The notes: generated by a model from the sequence alone, not told the origin. A stretch of DNA of 64,000 nucleotides from an uncultured Dehalococcoidia bacterium (GCA_964649215.1 CAZYOV010000001.1:8453-72452); one strand, 5' to 3'. Numbered from the stretch's first letter, positions 29,373 to 38,443 are shown. Made by a program: numbers and translations.

Positions 29373-30524
29373 ATGGACATGGAAACGGCAGACGTTACGA
29401 GGCAGAAGATCGAGAAGGGAACGAACCCGAAGGGGGAGCAGGACTATCGCGACCACTACTTCCCCAAGACCGAGCAGCTGGGCGAAAACGAGATGCGCGT
29501 CACCGCGCTGGGTACGGGCATGCCGAACCAGCGTCCCGCCCAGGCTTCGGCGTCGTGGCTCGTCGAACTTGGAAACGGCGACACCTTCTTCTTTGACATC
29601 GGGACGGGCTGCATGTCCCGCTTCGCCTCTCTTAGCGTCTCCTACAACCGCGCGCATCGAGTGTTCCTCAGCCACCTTCATGCCGATCACTGCGGAGACC
29701 TCGCCGCACTGTGGCTCGGAGGATGGGTGGCCAACCGAATGGTGCCCCTACAGGTGTGGGGGCCGACCGGCAAGGAGGAACGCCTCGGTACGCGGCACTT
29801 CATCGAGCATCAGAAGGCTTCCTATGCCTGGGATGTAGAGGGCCGCCGCATGTCGGGCCTCCCGCCGGCGGGCGGCGACATCGAGGTCCACGAGTTCGAC
29901 TACTCGAAGGTGCAGGAGATCTACAACGAGAACGGGGTCAAGGTGATCTCGTTCCCAGCCATTCACATCCACGACGGCCCGGTCAGCTTCCGCCTTGAGT
30001 GGAACGGCCTCGTCTTCGTCTATTCCGGTGACACGCATCCCAACAGGTGGTTCATTGAGAACAGTCAGAACGCTGACCTGCTGATTCACGAATCGTTCGT
30101 CACGGTCGACGCGCTGGTTGAGAAGCAGGGATTTCCGCGGGAGCTCGCCGTCAAGGTCGGGACGCAGATACACACGTCGCCGGCGCACTGCGGCGAGGTC
30201 TTCGCCCAGACCAAGCCTCGGCTCGCCGTCGCCTATCACTTCTTCAACGACTGGGACACGACCCACGACGTCTGGGACGAGCTGCGGTCGACCTACCAAG
30301 GGCCGCTGATCCTGGCGAACGACTACATGGTCTTCAATGTGACCAAGGAGTACGTGAAGGCTCGCATGGCGGTTGCGCCGGAGGACGTCTGGCCGCCGGA
30401 GAGCGCGGCGGAGGCGGCCGAGCGACCGGAGGTGATGCAGTTCGGCGGGCGCGGCGTGAAGTCGCACCGGGAGATCGTAGAGATGTCGGACTGGCTGCGG
30501 GAGGGCGACCTGCAGTTCGACTAG
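29373..30524 (+). CDS. MBL-fold metallo-hydrolase
   Basis: 383 aa with metallo-beta-lactamase motif FLSHLHADHCGDL. RBS GAAGGAGG; ATG at 29373 or 29379. Confidence 0.75.
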   Translation: MDMETADVTRQKIEKGTNPKGEQDYRDHYFPKTEQLGENEMRVTALGTGMPNQRPAQASASWLVELGNGDTFFFDIGTGCMSRFASLSVSYNRAHRVFLSHLHADHCGDLAALWLGGWVANRMVPLQVWGPTGKEERLGTRHFIEHQKASYAWDVEGRRMSGLPPAGGDIEVHEFDYSKVQEIYNENGVKVISFPAIHIHDGPVSFRLEWNGLVFVYSGDTHPNRWFIENSQNADLLIHESFVTVDALVEKQGFPRELAVKVGTQIHTSPAHCGEVFAQTKPRLAVAYHFFNDWDTTHDVWDELRSTYQGPLILANDYMVFNVTKEYVKARMAVAPEDVWPPESAAEAAERPEVMQFGGRGVKSHREIVEMSDWLREGDLQFD

Positions 30525-30767
30525 CACCGGAATCGGGATCGTCAACGGGTGGACCAGTGAGCCGGCACAGACGAGATCCCATTCATAGAGAGCCGTTAGC
30601 AGATCATGAGCAAGCAGATGCTCGCCCCAAACATTCCATCCGCCTCGCCGGTTCCAGGGTTGGACTGCCTCTAGGTATTAGCCCCAGCAGATCGGAGCCG
30701 CAATATAAGCGCCCAAGCTGAGCAGCAAGCAGAGCCCGCCGGCCTGCGAGGGCTTGCCTACCGGCAC

Positions 30768-32465
30768 ATGCCCATACTGGAGTGGCTGCCCGCGTATCAG
30801 CTTTCCTGGCTGCGCTTCGATGCCATCGCCGGGCTGACTGTCTGGGCGCTGCTCATTCCAGAGGCGATGGCGTATGCGACGCTGGCGGGCGTGCCCCCCG
30901 AGGCGGGGCTGTATACCGCGATAACCCCTCTGCTTCTATACGCCGTGTTCGGCACCTCCCGCCAACTCTCCGTCGGGCCCAGCTCCACGGTCGCCATCCT
31001 GTCGGCGGCCACGATAGCCCCCCTGGCAAGCGACACCGATGACTTCATCGTGCTGACGGCGGCCCTCGCCATCATCGTCGGGGTGATCCTCATCGTGGCC
31101 GGCATCGCCCGCATGGGCTGGGTATCCAATTTCATGGCGGAACCGGTCCTCAAAGGTTTCATCATCGGACTTGCCCTGATCGTCGCCCTGGGGCAGGCGG
31201 ACAAGCTGTTTGGGGTCGAGGCGGGGGGGGACAATTTCTTCCTGGAGCTCTGGGACCTCGTGTCCAGTGTTGGCGACTTCCATCTTGAGACCGCCGTGAT
31301 CGGCGCGATCTCGCTCGCCGTGCTGTTCGGGCTCGGGCGGTTCGTGCCAAAAGCGCCCGGCGCCCTGATCACCGTAGTGCTCGGAATAGTGCTCGTCTCG
31401 ATCTTCGACCTCGATGACGAGGGTGTGCACATCGTCGGCGACATCCCGTCCGGATTGCCGCCGTTCGGCCTCCCCGACGGGATCAGCCTGGAGGACATCC
31501 GCGACCTCCTGCCGGGGGCGTTCGGCATTGTGCTGGTCGGTTACGCCGAGTCAATCGCAATCGCTCAGAAGTACGCGACAAAGTACAAATATGACGTCGA
31601 CCCCAATCAGGAACTGATCGCCCTGGGGCTGTCCAACGCCGGCGCAGGCTTGAGCCAGGGCTTCGTCGTGGACGGAAGCCTGTCGAAGACGGCGGCGAGC
31701 GACGAGGCGGGCGTGAAGACGCAGATGTCGTCGCTCATCAACTTCGTCCTTGTCCTCGTCACCATCGCCGCTCTCACGCCCCTCTTCCACAACCTCCCCG
31801 AGGCGACATTGGGTGCGGTCGTAATACACGCCGTATGGCATCTGATCGACTTCAAGAAACTCAAGGGGTTCTACGACGTCAGCAAGGGGGATTTCGCGCT
31901 GGCCCTGACCAGTCTTCTCGGCGTGCTCATCCTCGATATGCTGCCGGGGCTGATCATAGCCGTCGTGGCGTCCCTGCTCCTGATCATCTACAGGGCGAGC
32001 CACCCGGCAATTCCCGTACTCGGGAAGTTCCTCGCCGAGGAAACCTACGGCAACGTCGAGGAGCACCCGCTGAATGAGACGTTTCCCGGACTAGTGATCT
32101 TCCGCTTCGACGCCGAGCTTTTCTTCGCCAACTCTCAGAAGTTCCGTGACCGGGTGCGAGAGCTGGTAAAGACGGCCGATCCGCCCGCGATAGCGGTTCT
32201 CGCCGACTTCGAGGCCGTCTATGACCTCGACATAACCGCAGCGGACATGCTGAAGGAGCTTGCGTCTGAGCTAGCCGGCGAAGAGATTGAGTTGTTCTTT
32301 GCCCGGGTCAAGACGCCGGTGCGAGACATGATGCGCGGGTCCGGCGTTGACGACGCCGTCGGCCCCGACCACTTCTACGAATCGGTCCACGCCGGTGTGG
32401 ACGACTACCTTCGACGTCACCCCGAGGCCAGAGAAGGAGACCGACCGGCCACCCGAGACACCTAG
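30768..32465 (+). CDS. SulP-family anion (sulfate) permease with STAS domain
   Basis: 565 aa with SulP core (AGVPPEAGLYTAITPLLLYAVFGTSRQLSVGPSS) and a C-terminal STAS. Homology to the neighbour continues 21 codons upstream of this ATG (see findings). Confidence 0.9.
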   Translation: MPILEWLPAYQLSWLRFDAIAGLTVWALLIPEAMAYATLAGVPPEAGLYTAITPLLLYAVFGTSRQLSVGPSSTVAILSAATIAPLASDTDDFIVLTAALAIIVGVILIVAGIARMGWVSNFMAEPVLKGFIIGLALIVALGQADKLFGVEAGGDNFFLELWDLVSSVGDFHLETAVIGAISLAVLFGLGRFVPKAPGALITVVLGIVLVSIFDLDDEGVHIVGDIPSGLPPFGLPDGISLEDIRDLLPGAFGIVLVGYAESIAIAQKYATKYKYDVDPNQELIALGLSNAGAGLSQGFVVDGSLSKTAASDEAGVKTQMSSLINFVLVLVTIAALTPLFHNLPEATLGAVVIHAVWHLIDFKKLKGFYDVSKGDFALALTSLLGVLILDMLPGLIIAVVASLLLIIYRASHPAIPVLGKFLAEETYGNVEEHPLNETFPGLVIFRFDAELFFANSQKFRDRVRELVKTADPPAIAVLADFEAVYDLDITAADMLKELASELAGEEIELFFARVKTPVRDMMRGSGVDDAVGPDHFYESVHAGVDDYLRRHPEAREGDRPATRDT

Positions 32466-32490
32466 GCTGTGAGCCTTCAGACGAAGCGAC

Positions 32491-34269
32491 ATGAGCGCAC
32501 AGGCTGAGCCGCAGCAAAAGAGAACCCGGCTCCGGGAGCTCGCCGACCGGTACGTGCCGATACTGGAGTGGCTGCCCCGGTACCAGCGCAGGTGGCTCCG
32601 CCCGGACGCCATCTCCGCCCTCGCAGTCTGGGCCGTACTCGTACCTCAGGCGATAGCGTACGCCTCACTGGCCGGCCTTCCGCCAGAAGCCGGGCTTGCC
32701 GCCGCCGCACTTCCGCTTCTCCTTTATGCTGCGCTGGGGACAACCCGCCAGCTAACGGTGGGCCCAGGCTCTACCATAGCTATTTTGGTAGCCGCTACGG
32801 TTGGCCCCCTTGCGGCCGGTGACGGCTCCAGCTACGCCGCGCTTGCCGCTACCCTGGCCCTGCTTGTCGGCGGCATTCTCATCGCCGCTGGCGTGGCGCG
32901 CTTGGGCCGAATCTCGGACTTCTTCGCGAAGCCTGTTCTCGCCGGGTTCGTCGGCGGCCTGGCGGTGGTGATCGCCGTAGGTCAGGCTCCCAAGCTGTTC
33001 GGGATCGAGGGGGGTGGGGACAACTTCTTCGAGGAGCTCTGGAACCTTGGAAAGGATCTGCCCGACACGAATCCTGAAACGCTCGCCGTCAGCGCCGGCT
33101 CCTTCCTCTTACTCTACGCTGTATCGCGCTTGGCGCCGTCCGCTCCGGCGGCGCTTATCACGGTCATCGTGGCGATCGGGATCGTCGCAATTCTAGACCT
33201 GGGCGAACGGGGCGTAGCGGTGGTAGGCGAAATCCCGAGGGGGCTACCGACGCCAGCGATCCCGCGGATTGGTCTGGGGGACATCTCCAACCTCCTGCCA
33301 GGAGCCGTAGGTATAGCCGTCATCGCGCTCGCGGAATCGAGCGCCACCGCTCGCTCCCTGGCTGCCAAGCACAAGTACGAGATCGACGCCGACCAGGAGC
33401 TCATCGCTCTGGGGGCGTCGAACCTCGGCGCCGGGCTCTTCCAGGGCTTCGCGGTAGACGCCTCCCTGTCGCGAAGCGCCATCGCCGATGAAGCTGGCAT
33501 AAAAACGCAGGTCTCGAGCCTCATAGCCTTCGCTCTAGTCCTCATCACGGCTGTAGCGCTGGCGCCGCTGTTTCGGAACCTCGCAGATGCCACTCTGGCA
33601 GCCCTCATTATAATTTCGGTGGTCAATCTGATAAGTATCGATGAGTTCCGCCGGCTCTACGGGCTCGACAAGGTGGACTTCGGGCTCGCAGTCATCAGCC
33701 TGTTGGGGGTCCTCATATTCGGCATTCTCCCAGGCCTCGCCGTGGCTATATTGGCGGCGCTGTCGGCGCTTGTCTACCGGGGATACCGGCCGCACACTGC
33801 GGTCCTGGGTAGGGTCACCGGCGAGGAGGACGAGGACTTCGGGTTCCGGGACGTCGAGCGGCATCCTCAGGCAGAAACGTACCCCGGTCTGGTCATCTTC
33901 CGCTTCGACACCGAGCTCTTCTTCGCCAACGCCAACCACTTTCGAGATCAGATCCGAGAGGTCGTGAGAGAAGCCCAGCCTCCGGCGAGGGCGATCCTCG
34001 TCGATGCGGGTGCCATTTCGCACATCGATACGACCGGCACGGACATGCTCGCCGAGCTCGTGTCCGAATTAACGGAGTCCAATGTGGAGTTGCTACTCGC
34101 CCGGGTAAAGGGACCGGTGCGGGACATTTTGCGTCGCTCGGGACTTGAGGACGCCTTCGGAGGCGACCGCATCTACCCGACGGTCCGTGCCGGAGTCGCC
34201 GCCTACCTTGCGCGGCACGGGGGTGCGGAGGAGTCGACCGATCGGCCGACCGACGACAGCGAGACCTGA
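32491..34269 (+). CDS. SulP-family anion (sulfate) permease with STAS domain
   Basis: 592 aa, tandem paralogue of 30768-32465. Confidence 0.9.
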   Translation: MSAQAEPQQKRTRLRELADRYVPILEWLPRYQRRWLRPDAISALAVWAVLVPQAIAYASLAGLPPEAGLAAAALPLLLYAALGTTRQLTVGPGSTIAILVAATVGPLAAGDGSSYAALAATLALLVGGILIAAGVARLGRISDFFAKPVLAGFVGGLAVVIAVGQAPKLFGIEGGGDNFFEELWNLGKDLPDTNPETLAVSAGSFLLLYAVSRLAPSAPAALITVIVAIGIVAILDLGERGVAVVGEIPRGLPTPAIPRIGLGDISNLLPGAVGIAVIALAESSATARSLAAKHKYEIDADQELIALGASNLGAGLFQGFAVDASLSRSAIADEAGIKTQVSSLIAFALVLITAVALAPLFRNLADATLAALIIISVVNLISIDEFRRLYGLDKVDFGLAVISLLGVLIFGILPGLAVAILAALSALVYRGYRPHTAVLGRVTGEEDEDFGFRDVERHPQAETYPGLVIFRFDTELFFANANHFRDQIREVVREAQPPARAILVDAGAISHIDTTGTDMLAELVSELTESNVELLLARVKGPVRDILRRSGLEDAFGGDRIYPTVRAGVAAYLARHGGAEESTDRPTDDSET

Positions 34270-34403
34270 TCCCTCACTAGCAAGAAAGGAATGCCGGTGC
34301 TCAACCGATGTCACTCAGAGATCAGATGGAACGCAAGGGATGCTTTGTCACCCTGCCCTGACGGCACAAGCGATACACAGCGGCATATGCAAAGGAGGAC
34401 ACT

Positions 34404-34736
34404 ATGCGCGCACTGCTAATCATGTTCCTGGTCGTCGCGATCCTGACCCCGGGGCTCCTGCTAGGGATCCTCGTCAGCCCGTGGTTCTTCTTCATCCTTT
34501 TCCTGCTGCTATTGGCGACGGCAGTGCCTTTCCTTGTCCCGAAGAGCGAAACGACACAAACGCGAGCAGGACGTCAGCACAGGGAGGACGAGGGTACGCT
34601 GCTAATATGGATTCTGGTTGTCCCAGCCATACTGATCAGCGTCCCGGTGCTCATCGCGGCTCTTCTGTACAGCCCGGCTTTCGTTCTCATCGTCCTCGTC
34701 CTGATGGCGCCGTTGCTGTGGGTGGCTTTCCAATGA
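34404..34736 (+). CDS. Hypothetical membrane protein
   Basis: 110 aa, 4 hydrophobic segments, RBS AAAGGAGGA. Confidence 0.5.
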   Translation: MRALLIMFLVVAILTPGLLLGILVSPWFFFILFLLLLATAVPFLVPKSETTQTRAGRQHREDEGTLLIWILVVPAILISVPVLIAALLYSPAFVLIVLVLMAPLLWVAFQ

Positions 34737-34830
34737 GCGGATCGGGCTCCGTGTAAAGGAGGACGTGTCAGGTACTCGCGAATTCTGGTCTGGCACCACC
34801 CCCTCCGATATCTGTGAGCTGACCACACCG

Positions 34831-34898
34831 ATAACGAGAAATCGTTAGCAACGTACTTATGTTTTGCCATGCGCCAAGAAGCTAAGGCGCAGCATACT
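34831..34898 (+). promoter_or_regulatory. Conserved bipartite upstream element, copy G
   Basis: ATAACGAGAAATCGTTAGCAACGTACTTATGTTTTGCCATGCG-N19-CATACT. Lies 118 nt upstream of the ATG at 35016. Confidence 0.65.
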
Positions 34899-35015
34899 TT
34901 GGGGGAGCGTCCCTCTAGCGCGGGTCGGAGAGGTTCTCATCGACGGGACGCGATTGCAGCCTCGCCTGCGCGTGCGATCGATTGGCGTCAACCAGGGCAT
35001 CAGGGAGGAGATGTA

Positions 35016-35315
35016 ATGCACGCGAGATTCGCACTGGCCGCTCGACGTGGAGGAACTTTCGGCACCAGACTGCAGCGGGTGCTCGGGGCGTTCTGGCGGA
35101 GCCTCGGGGCCAGCAGAGACAGCCGTGAGGCCGCTGGTCAGATCGTGCAGGTAGGCTCATGCCGACCTGTTCGCTTCGGACCCCTCACCGGGAGACAGGC
35201 CTATTCATGGTATGTGTTCCAGCAACGGCTGAACTGGGAACGAGGTGGCGTCCGCGCGGCCTGGTCCGTACACGACACCGCACCGGTAAGGAGGTGCTCG
35301 CCCTGGGAGAACTAG
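35016..35315 (+). CDS. Hypothetical basic protein
   Basis: ATG at 35016 lies 5 nt after GGGAGGAG, and a start-stop ATGTAA at 35011-35016 overlaps it. 99 aa, no family recognised, GC3 only moderate. Confidence 0.35.
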   Translation: MHARFALAARRGGTFGTRLQRVLGAFWRSLGASRDSREAAGQIVQVGSCRPVRFGPLTGRQAYSWYVFQQRLNWERGGVRAAWSVHDTAPVRRCSPWEN

Positions 35316-35466
35316 CGCCACAGTCTGCGGTTGAGTGGGCTTCAGCTTAGGATGCGTCTGTCGTAGACGAAGACTGTGGGCCGTTGGATCGCTTTCCGGT
35401 GCGTGAGACAAGCAGATCAAACAAGTGCATACGTTTTCCCTCCGAGACTGCCATCAGGCGGGGCAA

Positions 35467-35534
35467 CTACTGATAAATCGTAATGAACGTACATAAATTT
35501 TGCCATGTGCTCGCCGATGGGGTCGGTGCACACT
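35467..35534 (+). promoter_or_regulatory. Conserved bipartite upstream element, copy H
   Basis: CTACTGATAAATCGTAATGAACGTACATAAATTTTGCCATGTG-N19-CACACT. Lies 38 nt upstream of CDS 35572. Confidence 0.65.
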
Positions 35535-35571
35535 AATGGGGAACCAGTAGAAGAGTGCAGATAGGAGGAGA

Positions 35572-36003
35572 ATGACAATGCTCAACAAGTGGACATTCCT
35601 GGGACTGGGGCTACTAATCGCGATTGTGGCTGTCGTCTCATATGCCTGTGGCGACGACGAGCCGTCGGAGGCGGAGGCTGTGGCGCAACTTTGTGCGGAC
35701 CTGAATACGCTTCAGTCCGCGGACGCAGCGTTTGACAACATCGCTGCTGACAGTACTGTTGACGAGCTCGACGACGCGAAAGCTGCCTACAGCGATGCTC
35801 TCGATGACGTTGTCTCTTCGGCGCAGGATGTTACGGACATCAGGACACAGGACATCGAGGATGCCTACGACGACCTGGATCAGGCGATCAGCGATATCTC
35901 CGGCGACGCCACTATCGTAGAGGGCCTCGTCTCTATCGAGCCTCAACTGGCCGCCGTCGACGCCGCATACGCTTCGGCGTTCTCGAGCTTGGACTGCCCC
36001 TAG
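35572..36003 (+). CDS. Acidic putative lipoprotein
   Basis: 143 aa. Signal plus lipobox (VSYAC), Asp-rich helical body, C-terminal Cys (LDCP). Paralogue of 15941-16369. RBS TAGGAGGAGA. Confidence 0.6.
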   Translation: MTMLNKWTFLGLGLLIAIVAVVSYACGDDEPSEAEAVAQLCADLNTLQSADAAFDNIAADSTVDELDDAKAAYSDALDDVVSSAQDVTDIRTQDIEDAYDDLDQAISDISGDATIVEGLVSIEPQLAAVDAAYASAFSSLDCP

Positions 36004-36023
36004 GGCCGTATGACCTCCCTTTG

Positions 36024-36060
36024 CTGCAGTCGCCGTCGCTGTCGGCGACGGCGACTGCAG
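36024..36060 (+). terminator. Perfect 16-bp stem hairpin downstream of the lipoprotein gene
   Basis: CTGCAGTCGCCGTCGC-TGTCG-GCGACGGCGACTGCAG, 20 nt after the stop at 36003. It has no U-tract, so it is either a terminator or an RNA-stabilising hairpin. Confidence 0.45.
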
Positions 36061-36209
36061 ATTAAGAGGGAGGCTGGGGTAGTGGCCATGGCGCCTCAAG
36101 GCAAGCGCGACGTGGGGTCGCTGCAAGCTCCATCTAAATTAGCTCTCGTAGGCACCATGATGATGAAACGTGAGGACAGGGCGCAGTCAAGTCGGGTAGG
36201 AGAACTGGC

Positions 36210-36365
36210 GTGCTCCTAGTCCTGGCCATCTTCTTTGGAGTGATGTCAGCGATCGCCGGGATGTACGGTTTTGCCAGTTTCGCCACCGTTACCGGCCGCA
36301 TCGCCAGGGTGCTATTCCTCGTCTTTCTGGTCGCCTTTGTCGTCGTCGTCGTGTTGCAGGTCTGA
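36210..36365 (+). CDS. DUF1328-like small membrane protein (51 aa, not in ORF track)
   Basis: GTG at 36210 after AGGAG. Translation MLLVLAIFFGVMSAIAGMYGFASFATVTGRIARVLFLVFLVAFVVVVVLQV fits the YtjA/DUF1328 pattern (GF..A....IA+.LF..FLV.F). Confidence 0.55.
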   Translation: MLLVLAIFFGVMSAIAGMYGFASFATVTGRIARVLFLVFLVAFVVVVVLQV

Positions 36366-36574
36366 TGACATCGGGAGAGCGGATCGCGGTCGGGTTCCTG
36401 ACCCTCATCATTATCGCAAGCTGTCTACTCTTGATCGCGATTGGCCTGGAAGAACGTCATACGGCGGTCGCCGACTTCGGGGCCGCCTCGGCCATCTGGA
36501 CTCCGGTCGCAGTCGCCTGCTATCTGACGCTCGGCAGGCCCGGCGGCCAGGCGCGAGGACGTCCGCAAGGATAG
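36365..36574 (+). CDS. Small two-TM membrane protein
   Basis: 69 aa. Its ATG overlaps the preceding stop (TGATG), suggesting translational coupling. Confidence 0.4.
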   Translation: MTSGERIAVGFLTLIIIASCLLLIAIGLEERHTAVADFGAASAIWTPVAVACYLTLGRPGGQARGRPQG

Positions 36575-36598
36575 CCCGGCGGGACGATAACCGCTGCC

Positions 36599-36757
36599 AT
36601 GATACTGATCCTCCTGGTCGTCTTTGGGGTTCTGGCCGCCGCCACCGGGGCGTTCGGCTTCTTCTTTGCTGCGGCCGCCCTGGCTGTGCTGGCGAGGCGG
36701 GCGTTCTCCCTCTTTTTTTTGGCTTTCGCTGTCCTCTTTGTGTTGTGGCTGCTGTAG
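36599..36757 (+). CDS. DUF1328-like small membrane protein (52 aa, not in ORF track)
   Basis: Translation MILILLVVFGVLAAATGAFGFFFAAAALAVLARRAFSLFFLAFAVLFVLWLL. Weak RBS. Confidence 0.4.
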   Translation: MILILLVVFGVLAAATGAFGFFFAAAALAVLARRAFSLFFLAFAVLFVLWLL

Positions 36758-36810
36758 CAGGTACCGCACCCGCCAGCGAGCGAGCGTTAGACGCCCGCCA
36801 AGTCGTCCTC

Positions 36811-36948
36811 GTCAGGGTCCGTTTCGCCTCGCTGTTGAAACCGCTCGCGTATGACGCGAATAGTCTCGCTACCGCGTTGCGGGGCGGCCAGCAAGCCAAG
36901 ACTTGTGCCCAACGCCATGCCAAGCATCAGACCAATGACAAACCGCAT
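36811..36948 (-). CDS. YtxH-like small membrane protein (45 aa, not in ORF track)
   Basis: Minus strand AGGAGGCAGAAT-ATG gives MRFVIGLMLGMALGTSLGLLAAPQRGSETIRVIRER..., fitting the YtxH pattern G..LG..LL.AP..G.ET. A 1-nt indel relative to the 47593 copy changes the C-terminal tail. Confidence 0.5.
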
Positions 36949-36998
36949 ATTCTGCCTCCTAGCTGCACTCCAATCGGTTCACGGCGGGAGCCAGATCG

Positions 36999-37066
36999 AG
37001 TATCTCAGACCGCAACAGACCCACGCAGTGCAGAGACTAGGTACATTCGTAATGATTTCTCGTTAC
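36999..37066 (-). promoter_or_regulatory. Conserved bipartite upstream element, copy J
   Basis: Minus strand GTAACGAGAAATCATTACGAATGTACCTAGTCTCTGCACTGCG-N19-GATACT. Lies 51 nt upstream of the ATG at 36948. Confidence 0.65.
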
Positions 37067-37256
37067 TTCTCACGAACCGGGTCAGCACTACAATCGCTGA
37101 GGGCACAACGTGACGGTGAGCCGCTTCGGCCGGCGAGTCGGGCTGCGGGTTGCGCGTCTCTAGGGCGCGCTCCCCGTATTTGGCAAGGCCCGAAAGTCGG
37201 TCATCGCGAACGACGGACCTTTGATCAACTTGCGACCGTATCCGGAAGGAGATATC

Positions 37257-38291
37257 GTGACCCAAGAAGCAAACCAGACGCGACGACGGCTCGCCCGCCG
37301 GCACTTCATCGGCGGAGGGTTCGCCACGCTGGCGCTGGCGGGAGCTGGCCTTGGACTAGCTGCCTGTGGCGATGACAACGAAAACGCCGCTGCTACGGCA
37401 GCGGCTTCCCCGACACCGGCCGCGGGATTCGCTCCCGGCCCGAAGCCGGAAGGCAAGGTCGCTAGCGCCCGGGATGCGACCCTGCCCCCACTTCAGCCTT
37501 CTCCCCTTCAGCTCACCTATCGGGCCACCGACGCCACGGTCGAGATAGCCGCCGGCGTTCGCTACAACGCCTGGACCTTCGAGGACACCGTCCCGGCGCC
37601 TGTTCTCCACGTAAAGCAGGGCGATACGGTGCAGTTCACCTTAGTCAATGAGGCCAGCGCAGGCCATTCCATCGACTTCCATGCCGCACGCACCCCCTGG
37701 GACAAGAACTACATAACGATAGTGCCCGGAGATTCCTTGAGTTTCGACTGGACGGCGGATTTCCCCGGCGTGTACGTCTACCACTGTGGCACTGCGCCGG
37801 TCCTCCATCACATCGCCAACGGAATGTACGGTGTGATCGTTGTGGATCCGGAGACGCCTCTACCACCGGCACGCGAATACTGGCTTATGCAGAGCGAGTT
37901 CTATGCCAAGGCCGGGGAGGGCGATACCTGGGACGGGGACATGGATAAAATGCTGGCTCCGAGGCCGGACATCCTTGCCTTCAACGGTGTCGCATTTCAG
38001 TATCGAGACAACCCCTTGCCCGCTTCTGCCGGAGAGAAAATCCGGCTCTATGTAGCTAACATTGGTCCCACCCTGTTCTCCGCGTTCCACGTCATCGGCG
38101 CTCTTTTCGACGTCGCCTACGTGGACGGCAACCCCGCCAACCCTCTGGTAGGATTACAGACCCACACGATACCGCCTGGCGGCGGCGCCACCTTCGAACT
38201 CACCATACCGGACCCGGGACTCTACCCTATAGTCACCCACACCTTCGCCTACACAGAGCTGGGCGCGGTAGGCTTGCTGGAGGTGACCTAG
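37257..38291 (+). CDS. nirK: Copper-containing nitrite reductase (NirK-like), Tat-lipoprotein signal
   Basis: GTG at 37257 after GGAAGGAGA. Tat motif RRRLARRHF plus lipobox LGLAAC. Cu-site motifs HSIDFHAA and YVYHCGTAPVLHHIANGMYG. Confidence 0.8.
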   Translation: MTQEANQTRRRLARRHFIGGGFATLALAGAGLGLAACGDDNENAAATAAASPTPAAGFAPGPKPEGKVASARDATLPPLQPSPLQLTYRATDATVEIAAGVRYNAWTFEDTVPAPVLHVKQGDTVQFTLVNEASAGHSIDFHAARTPWDKNYITIVPGDSLSFDWTADFPGVYVYHCGTAPVLHHIANGMYGVIVVDPETPLPPAREYWLMQSEFYAKAGEGDTWDGDMDKMLAPRPDILAFNGVAFQYRDNPLPASAGEKIRLYVANIGPTLFSAFHVIGALFDVAYVDGNPANPLVGLQTHTIPPGGGATFELTIPDPGLYPIVTHTFAYTELGAVGLLEVT

Positions 38292-38376
38292 TCGGAGTGG
38301 ACGGGATCGATGAAAGGACGAGTGCGCAGGAAAGGGCGCTGCCTCATTAGACGTACCTCTTCAACGGGGGAAGGCG

Positions 38377-38443
38377 CTACCTAGCAATCGTTACGAATGT
38401 ACTTAGTCTCTGCCATGTGCCCGGCTCACTCGCGTATGAAAAT
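38377..38443 (+). promoter_or_regulatory. Conserved bipartite upstream element, copy I
   Basis: CTACCTAGCAATCGTTACGAATGTACTTAGTCTCTGCCATGTG-N18-GAAAAT. Lies 47 nt upstream of CDS 38490. Confidence 0.65.

Larger units (their letters stand above)
36786..37066. repeat. ~280-bp duplicated module (small YtxH-like gene plus element copy J); partner at 47578-47855
   Basis: By eye roughly nine-tenths nucleotide identity to 47578-47855 over the whole length, with a few 1-nt indels. Confidence 0.8.

Noticed and set aside
36851-37375. Plus-strand ORFs 36851-37375 and 47642-47866 whose N-termini are similar to each other (MTR(I/M)VSLPRCGAA...)
   Set aside because: The similarity comes from the duplicated 280-bp DNA module. 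The minus strand carries an element copy, a perfect SD and a YtxH-like small ORF, which explains the conservation better.
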